Source of the DNA: Deltaproteobacteria bacterium
Lineage (GTDB): Bacteria > Desulfobacterota > Desulfuromonadia > Desulfuromonadales > Geopsychrobacteraceae
Direction of reading: 5' to 3'
Length of the DNA stretch: 43,444 bases
Assembly (NCBI GenBank): GCA_013152145.1
Contig: JAADGW010000047.1
Coordinates: forward strand, 1-43,444
This document shows positions 37,091-43,444 of the stretch, in pieces. How positions within the stretch are numbered: position 1 is the first letter of the stretch; every line of letters begins with the position of its first letter. The position numbers and the translations under genes were made by a program. Under the pieces are notes generated by a model. It searched no databases, had not been told where the DNA came from, and saw only the letters and a list, made by a program, of their open reading frames with translations.

Positions 37091-39484
37091 TTAAGATTCA
37101 TCATCGACCACGAGAAGACCATCCTCATCGTATTGGGCCGCGGTGATGAATGCAGGCTTAAAAATCAACACCCATGAAGGCACCATGAAGATGGCGGAAA
37201 TAGCATTGAGTATCAGCATGACGGAAAGCAACAATGCAGCATCAGCTTGAAATCGCAGGTCGGAGATAAACACCCACATGACGACACCGCTGATGAGAGT
37301 AATGGCGGTGAAAGCCACCGCCTTGCAGGTGGTGCTGAAAGTCCGTCTGACCGCCGTAGGCAGATCCAGTCCGGTTCCGATCTCTTCACGGATCCGGTCC
37401 ATGACATAAATGGAGTAGTCGATGCCGATGCCGATGCCGACCGCAATAATCGGGACGGTATTGACGTTGATACCGATACCCTTGATCCCCATGTAGGCGT
37501 AGGTCAGGGCGGTCGCAAAGGCCATTGAACACATCATCAGCAATCCGGCGTGCAGGGATGAATAGAATAATGTGACAAAGAGGAAGATCAGCCCCAGAAC
37601 CAGGGGGATGATCAGCATATTGGTGTTATAGGCAGATTCATTGATCGCTGCGGTCACCCCGATCTGACCACCGGCAAGCTGGATCGTCAGGCCTTTCACC
37701 TTGGAACCGGTCTCTGCAACCCACTGTTTGACCATATAGATGGCCCGACGTATTGTTTCCCCCTTGTGGTCCTTGTAGTAGAAGACCATATTCGCTCTTT
37801 GCTGTTCGGTATCGATAAATTCCTTGTCGGCCCCCGGGACGGGACTGGAGGCGTTGTAGGCGAACAGCAACCCGCCGACATAGGCGCTGGTTTCCGGAAT
37901 CTGCTCCCAGCGGGGATCGTTGCTGTGAAAGATCCGGTTGACCTGTTTTATCAAGCCCGGTACACCCTTGACGCCGCCAAGTGCAGGATCTTGCAACATG
38001 TAGTTTTCCAGGTCCTCCAGTGCACGCAACACCTCGGGGCGCTTGATACCCCCCTCTTTGTCAGTACGGGCCACGACAAAAAGTTCTTCAGAGCCGGGAA
38101 ACTTATCGTTGATCGCCTTGGAAGAGACGTTGTAGTCATTGTCGCTGTACAGCAGGGGTGAGCCCGGTTCCGCCTCGCCGATCTGCACCCAGGAGCTGAA
38201 ATAAGCGCCGCAGACCATCAAGATGACCACCGTGGACAGAACGCTAATCGCGCCCTTCCGGGAACCGACCACGCTGGAGAACGAGGTCATGATCGCATCC
38301 AGTTTTGATTCCTTTTGCTCGATGTCGCGTGGCCGGGGCAGGACTGCCAACATCAGCGGGATAAAGATCAATACGCTGAAAATCACCGAAAAGGCCCACA
38401 GTGAGGCATAATGAGCCATTTTAGTATTGATCGGAGCGGAGCCGAGGGCGATCAACGACAGGCCGATTGCATCGGAGACAACGCCGAGCGAACCCGGTCG
38501 AAACAGGCTGTTGAAAGTATTCTTTGCCGCCTGCCCGGGTTCGCTGACGTTCCTCAGTTCTGCGTAGTACCTTTCCACCAGCTGAATCCCATGTGACATG
38601 GCTCTGGCGGAGATCAGAAAGGGCACTACCAGAGTGAGGGGATCAAGGTTGTAACCCAACAAGGAGATGATGCCCAGCCCCCAGGTCGTTGACAGGACAA
38701 TGCCCAGCAGCGGCAGAGCAACGCCATACAGTCGCCGGAAGTAAAGCAACAGCAAGGTGACCATCACCGCCAGGGTATAGAGGAATATCTGCAGGATCTG
38801 GTCGACGTAAGTAAACACCCAGCCGACCAACATCGGCGCACCTGAAGCGTAAATCTTTACCCCGAAGTGCGCTTCTTCTGCACGGAGAGCTTGTACTCCG
38901 GCGAAGATTGCCTGATAGTCCAGCGCCCCTTCGTTGAAAGTCGCCTTGATCAGAGCCGCTTTGAAATCGGGAGAAACCAGCAGTCCGTAAACGCGCGGAT
39001 TTGCTTTCACATCCTGTCGCATCTGTGCCAGTTCGGCCGCACTCAGCTCCTCTGTCATTGGATCGTAGTACGGAGCAGAGTTGACGTCACCGGTCTCCGT
39101 CAGCCACACTTTGCGAACCGTCCGGTGCGTGATGCTGGAAACCATGTTGTGGTTCACGCCGGTCAACATGTCGACTTTTTCTGTCAGCTTGTGAATCATT
39201 CTCAGGGTTTCATTGGTAAAAATGTCACCATCCTCAACTTCCACTGAAAGGATGATGTTGTTTGCTCCGCCGAAGTCATCGCGGATTTCGTTGTGGAGTT
39301 GAATGTACGGATGCCCCTGGGGCAGCAGATCGGAGAAATCGGAATACATCTTCACGCCGGGAACCTGGATTGCAAAATATACGGTTATGGCAGCAATCAC
39401 TCCCAGCCACAGGTAGGGAACTCCGAATAGAACCTCGTCAACCTTGTGAAATATATGGTGAATGGTTTGTTTAATTTTATTCAT
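37091..39484 (-). CDS. RND/MMPL family transporter
   Basis: Two repeats of a periplasmic loop plus TM bundle; ARAMSHGIQ and GIGIGIDYSIY; clustered with DUF1302/DUF1329/YCF48. Confidence 0.9.
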   Translation of the reverse strand: MNKIKQTIHHIFHKVDEVLFGVPYLWLGVIAAITVYFAIQVPGVKMYSDFSDLLPQGHPYIQLHNEIRDDFGGANNIILSVEVEDGDIFTNETLRMIHKLTEKVDMLTGVNHNMVSSITHRTVRKVWLTETGDVNSAPYYDPMTEELSAAELAQMRQDVKANPRVYGLLVSPDFKAALIKATFNEGALDYQAIFAGVQALRAEEAHFGVKIYASGAPMLVGWVFTYVDQILQIFLYTLAVMVTLLLLYFRRLYGVALPLLGIVLSTTWGLGIISLLGYNLDPLTLVVPFLISARAMSHGIQLVERYYAELRNVSEPGQAAKNTFNSLFRPGSLGVVSDAIGLSLIALGSAPINTKMAHYASLWAFSVIFSVLIFIPLMLAVLPRPRDIEQKESKLDAIMTSFSSVVGSRKGAISVLSTVVILMVCGAYFSSWVQIGEAEPGSPLLYSDNDYNVSSKAINDKFPGSEELFVVARTDKEGGIKRPEVLRALEDLENYMLQDPALGGVKGVPGLIKQVNRIFHSNDPRWEQIPETSAYVGGLLFAYNASSPVPGADKEFIDTEQQRANMVFYYKDHKGETIRRAIYMVKQWVAETGSKVKGLTIQLAGGQIGVTAAINESAYNTNMLIIPLVLGLIFLFVTLFYSSLHAGLLMMCSMAFATALTYAYMGIKGIGINVNTVPIIAVGIGIGIDYSIYVMDRIREEIGTGLDLPTAVRRTFSTTCKAVAFTAITLISGVVMWVFISDLRFQADAALLLSVMLILNAISAIFMVPSWVLIFKPAFITAAQYDEDGLLVVDDES

Positions 39485-39518
39485 TTTCAACCCCGTTACG
39501 AACCGGTGCTTATCGGCA

Positions 39519-40514
39519 CTAGTTCTGTGTGGAAACCAGGAACAACGCGCCGGCGCCGCCAGCAATCAACAACTGTCGGTCATTAACCGGCAGCACACTC
39601 CGCAGGTATGACCTGACCGGCTTGCCATGCTGAACCCGCTCCCAACGATCAGCTTTTCGGTGCAGCATGACTCCCCCCTCACCGACCACGTATAGATCCT
39701 CACCCTGCGTTGTTATCCCGTACAAGGGAGCATCAGTCCCTGAATCCTCGTACGTCCAGGAAATACCGCCGTCGGTGGTTTTCAATATTTTTCCGTTCAA
39801 ACCGACCGCATAGCCATTGTCATGATCAAGAAAGAGCGTCGCCTCCGGATAAAAATCATTGGGCATGCTGGGACCAATCTCCCAGGTCTCCCCGCCGTCT
39901 TTGCTGGTTGCGACCGTCCCGAACTCACCCGAGACCACTCCGAATTGCGCATCCAGAAATTGTATGGAAGTGAACATGGCATCTTCGCCCAATGAGCTCG
40001 CGGTCCAAGTCTCCCCTTTGTCGTCACTACGGAGGATGGTTGTAAAGCTGCCACCGACCCAAAGCTTGTTGTCGGGGCCGCAAGTGAGGGTCGTTACCGG
40101 CTCCGTTGTGTCAATGATTTTTGAATCCCAGGTGTTACCGTCGTCGATTGAAATCCAGACCTTGCGGGTTGCGTCGAGGGCAACAAAGCTTCCATCGCCG
40201 CACGCTACAACCTCTATGAGATCGAGTGCCCCCGGCGGGTCCAGCCTTTTCCACTGTTCTGCGCCGTCATTGGACACCAAAATGGCACCGTTGAACCCGA
40301 CGGCAACGAGAATTTCTCCGTACTTTGCCACCGACTGGAATCGGTCGAACCGTTTCACCGGCACCTTGGATTCCTGCGTCACTCCCTGCAGATCCAGAGG
40401 TGCCTCACACCCCACTACCGCCAGCAGAATGACAAGAGCACAAAACACCCGGGCTAAACCTGCCGTGTCCATAAAAGTTCGCTTTTCCACAGTCCCTTCA
40501 CTCCCCTTTCCCAC
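39519..40514 (-). CDS. YCF48/BNR-repeat beta-propeller lipoprotein
   Basis: Repeated Asp-boxes (S.DG...W, S.D.G.TW, T.DGG.SW) and lipobox LAVVGC. Start uncertain (40514, 40490 or 40472). Confidence 0.85.
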   Translation of the reverse strand: MGKGSEGTVEKRTFMDTAGLARVFCALVILLAVVGCEAPLDLQGVTQESKVPVKRFDRFQSVAKYGEILVAVGFNGAILVSNDGAEQWKRLDPPGALDLIEVVACGDGSFVALDATRKVWISIDDGNTWDSKIIDTTEPVTTLTCGPDNKLWVGGSFTTILRSDDKGETWTASSLGEDAMFTSIQFLDAQFGVVSGEFGTVATSKDGGETWEIGPSMPNDFYPEATLFLDHDNGYAVGLNGKILKTTDGGISWTYEDSGTDAPLYGITTQGEDLYVVGEGGVMLHRKADRWERVQHGKPVRSYLRSVLPVNDRQLLIAGGAGALFLVSTQN

Positions 40515-40991
40515 ATCTCTAAATACCCCTCACAGACAAAAAATAATTCCAGCGAGAACCTGAGTTCCTGGTGCCGGAAAATAAAAATAACGTTGTTTCT
40601 TTTTGCAGATACCACCTGTCTTCCAGACTCCGGATGAGACAAAATAATTATTGTGGTACTCCTTTACTTTTTAGCGGGAAAAGAATCCCGCAAGAGTTAT
40701 CACATCGAGGGGAATATCCCCTCAAGCAGGCGGAGAGCCGACTCGACAATCCCCACAAAAAGACATTTTATGCCTGTTTTTTTATATAGTTAATAAGCTT
40801 CAACAAATTCAGAGGCGAACTATTCAGACAGACAGAAAAAAACTCTTTCGACCTCTTTCCCAAGCGCCTTCATTATCAGCAGAATCGCCTTTAGTCCCTT
40901 TACATTTTTCAAGATTTCTGTCAGTTTTCAATAAAACACTTTTCTGTTTTTGCTCGTCGCGAAGGATTAATTGCTTTACTGTCGACACTCA

Positions 40992-41007
40992 AGCAATTCT
41001 CGTGCCG
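40992..41007 (-). promoter_or_regulatory. sigma54 -24/-12 promoter of the envelope/transport operon
   Basis: Minus strand CGGCACGAGAATTGCT. Confidence 0.8.
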
Positions 41008-41097
41008 AGCTTAAAAAACTCGCTCTCAGCCGCTTAACTTGATAAAAACAATAGGGTTTTTATGCCGGCCCTGGATTGCACCGACAAATGAATTTTC

Positions 41098-41132
41098 CCC
41101 CGAAATTTTGGGAACTTCCTGACATGTTGGGA
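41098..41132. promoter_or_regulatory. Tandem upstream activator sites
   Basis: CCCCGAAATTTTGGGA (41098) and TCCTGACATGTTGGGA (41117), 19 bp apart. Confidence 0.7.
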
Positions 41133-41378
41133 AATAGATCCAGCTGAAAGTGTATCTGCTGACTACTTGGCGACTGTGCCCGACCACAACGATCCTGCTG
41201 ATCTCGCATTGGCTCACTGAATCTGTGTTTGAGGCGGCATCGGCCCCGGGTTTTCAGTGGCAGGGAGATCCCGAGCAAACGACCAGCAGAATAAACATCG
41301 TCGTTAAGACCACGAGCGTCCGAACAAAGGTACGGCAGATCGCAAGCCCATGCCCACAAAAGGAAAGAGCAGAACGCA

Positions 41379-43184
41379 ATGGACGGACCCCTACGCGTAT
41401 TGATTATCGATGATTCTGAAGATGACACCCTGTTGCTGCTTCGGGCTTTGGACAAAGACGGGCTCGAACCTGAATGGCAGCGGGTGGATTGCGCCGAGAG
41501 CATGCTGCAGGCGATGTCAGGCGATAAGTGGCAGGTGGCGATTTCCGATTGCCGCATGCCGGGATTCAGTGTCGAAGAAGCCCTGAGCCTCTGGCGAAAC
41601 ATTGGGGATGATCTGCCATTCATCGTTGTCTCCGGTGCTATCGGCGAAGAAGATGCTGTGGCATTGCTGAAGGCCGGAGCCCACGATTTTATCCGAAAGG
41701 AGAACCTGACAAGGCTGGTTCCAGCTATTTTGCGTCAATTGCGGGAAACGGAGGTGCGAAGAGGCCGCCGACGGGCAGAGAAGATACTGAGAGAGTCCGA
41801 AGAAAAATATCGTCTTCTTTTTTCAGCCGAATCGGACGCCATTATCATCCTGGATGCGGGCACGTGTGGCGTAGTAGAAGCCAATAGGGCGGCAGCGGAC
41901 CTTTATGGATACAGCACAGAAGAGTTTTCGAGGTTAAATTCGAGGGACATTACCGCCGAGCAGGAAAGAAGCAAAGCCTGTATTGATGAAATTTTTGATG
42001 GGGGAATAAGTCGTGTCCCCTTGATCAACCACAAGAAAAAGGATGGGACCATCTTTCCCACCGAGATCTCCGCCGGGACCTTTATGTGGAAAAACCAGCG
42101 GATGTTTGTCCTGATAATCCGCGACATCACCGAACGCAAACGGCGGGAAAATGAATTAAAAAACGCCCTCAGTGAATTGGAAATGATCAAAAAACGCCTG
42201 GAGGCGGAAAACGTTTACCTCAAGGAAGAGATTCAGCTTAATCGCAACTTCAGCGACATCATCGGTCAGAGCAAGGTCTTCAAAAAGGTTTTAAACAAGA
42301 TCGAGCAGGTCGCGGTGACAGACACCACGGTCCTGATCCTGGGCGAAACGGGGACCGGTAAGGAACTGTTGGCCCGGGCCATTCACACTCTGAGCCCGCG
42401 CAAAGATCGTCCCCTGGTAAAAGTCAACTGCGCGGCGCTTCCGGCCAACCTCATAGAAAGTGAACTTTTCGGCCACGAGAAGGGATCATTTACCGGCGCA
42501 CTGGCGCGCAAAGTCGGACGATTTGAACTGGCCGACAAGGGGACGATTTTCCTCGACGAGATCGGGGATCTCCCCCTGGAGTTGCAAGCCAAGCTGTTGC
42601 GGGTTCTGCAGGAGGGTGAATTCGAGCGCGTCGGTGGTACGAGTACCATCAAGGTGGATATCCGGACGATTGCGGCGACCAACCGGGATCTGGAAAATGC
42701 GATGGCCGAGGGGCAGTTTCGGGAAGATCTCTATTACCGTCTCAACGTTTTCCCGATAAAATCGCCGCCCCTGCGTGAACGGCCGGAGGACATCCCGGGC
42801 ATGGTGAAATTCTTTATCCTGAAACATGGTCCGAAACTCGGGAAAAAGATCGAGACAATCCCCAAAAATGTGATGGACTCACTGAAGGCCTATCACTGGC
42901 CGGGCAATGTGCGGGAACTGGAGAATATCATCGAACGCTCTCTCATTCACAGCCAGGGAGACCAGCTCACCCTGGGTGACTACTTTCGCCAGCCCGTAAG
43001 AACGCCCGGGAAAAAGACGATCAGAACACTGGCGGAACAGGAGCGGGAGGCTATCCTTGAGGCCCTGGAAGCCACCACCTGGCGGGTCAGCGGAAAGGGG
43101 GGCGCCGCCGAGATTCTGGGGCTGAAACCAACAACCCTGGAGGCCAGAATGAAGAAGTTGGGAATCAAGCGCAAGGGGACCTGA
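41379..43184 (+). CDS. sigma54-dependent enhancer-binding activator (REC-PAS-AAA+-Fis HTH)
   Basis: REC ([21 protein letters not shown]), a PAS domain, [37 protein letters not shown] and the [23 protein letters not shown]. Confidence 0.95.
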   Translation: MDGPLRVLIIDDSEDDTLLLLRALDKDGLEPEWQRVDCAESMLQAMSGDKWQVAISDCRMPGFSVEEALSLWRNIGDDLPFIVVSGAIGEEDAVALLKAGAHDFIRKENLTRLVPAILRQLRETEVRRGRRRAEKILRESEEKYRLLFSAESDAIIILDAGTCGVVEANRAAADLYGYSTEEFSRLNSRDITAEQERSKACIDEIFDGGISRVPLINHKKKDGTIFPTEISAGTFMWKNQRMFVLIIRDITERKRRENELKNALSELEMIKKRLEAENVYLKEEIQLNRNFSDIIGQSKVFKKVLNKIEQVAVTDTTVLILGETGTGKELLARAIHTLSPRKDRPLVKVNCAALPANLIESELFGHEKGSFTGALARKVGRFELADKGTIFLDEIGDLPLELQAKLLRVLQEGEFERVGGTSTIKVDIRTIAATNRDLENAMAEGQFREDLYYRLNVFPIKSPPLRERPEDIPGMVKFFILKHGPKLGKKIETIPKNVMDSLKAYHWPGNVRELENIIERSLIHSQGDQLTLGDYFRQPVRTPGKKTIRTLAEQEREAILEALEATTWRVSGKGGAAEILGLKPTTLEARMKKLGIKRKGT

Positions 43185-43280
43185 TGGTCGAGCCCAAAAG
43201 AAGAAGAAAACCCCTCTGGTCGGTTCCTCGACGCAAACACCTTCATGTCGCCAGGGAGTCCGTTCCCTGAAACTCGAGTT

Positions 43281-43444
43281 TCAGAACCCCAGCTGCTCTC
43301 CGGTGGGCCGCACCACCTCGACCCCGGCCGGCCGGTTGAAATGAAAGAACCGCGCGGAAAGATCACGGTTAACCCGGATGTTCCGAAATTCGATGGTTGT
43401 TCGGTTATTGTTCGGATCGATCACCGTGGTGGCAAGAAACGGAA
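43281..43444 (-). CDS. lolA: Outer-membrane lipoprotein carrier LolA (3' end only)
   Basis: Hand translation PFLATTVIDPNNNRTTIEFRNIRVNRDLSARFFHFNRPAGVEVVRPTGEQLGF* shows the LolA C-terminal pattern D..N.T.I.F.N...N......F.F..P.GV.V. Confidence 0.75.
   Translation of the reverse strand, partial: PFLATTVIDPNNNRTTIEFRNIRVNRDLSARFFHFNRPAGVEVVRPTGEQLGF

Noticed and set aside
40571-40789. Small ORFs in the AT-rich spacer upstream of the YCF48 gene
   Set aside because: No clear ribosome-binding site, atypical composition and no motif; treated as leader sequence.
42460-42505. GSFTGA instead of GAFTGA as a sign of a sigma54-independent activator
   Set aside because: GSFTGA is a common functional variant, and good sigma54 promoters are present in the island.
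8172-43184. Anaerobic indole-3-acetate (iaa) pathway
   Set aside because: That route needs an ATP-dependent hydantoinase-like enzyme, CoA ligase/transferase, a B12 mutase and a thiolase, none of which is in the island.

Overview
Bacterial chromosome window, most likely Desulfuromonadales (inferred from gene content and repeat types). Core genes occupy about 1-7815: an AAA/SMC-like ATPase fragment, DUF445, a sugar nucleotidyltransferase, an OmpA-like lipoprotein, Gx transporter, NusG-II, apbE, rimO and yajQ. The 3' end of lolA sits at 43281-43444. Between yajQ and lolA lies a ~35 kb catabolic island. It encodes a BamBC-like tungsten aryl-CoA reductase pair, a four-subunit 2-oxoacid oxidoreductase with a fused NAD(P)-linked flavoprotein, a PadBCD-like Mo-bisPGD membrane oxidoreductase, an isatin-hydrolase-like cyclase, a thioesterase, and a xanthine-dehydrogenase-family hydroxylase with XdhC/YqeB/YqeC/MocA. 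It also carries a YCF48-RND-DUF1302-DUF1329 envelope module, a PAS kinase, a response regulator and a sigma54 activator. Three sigma54 promoters share an identically spaced tandem palindromic upstream site, which ties the operons into one regulon. The best reading (inference) is an anaerobic indole pathway: indole -> oxindole -> isatin -> isatinate -> 2-aminobenzoyl-CoA -> ring reduction, with no CoA ligase needed. Also present are a family of IS66-like MITEs with 8-bp target duplications, a group II intron 3' remnant and a frameshifted fdhD. All homology calls are from motif recognition and recall; no database search was run.
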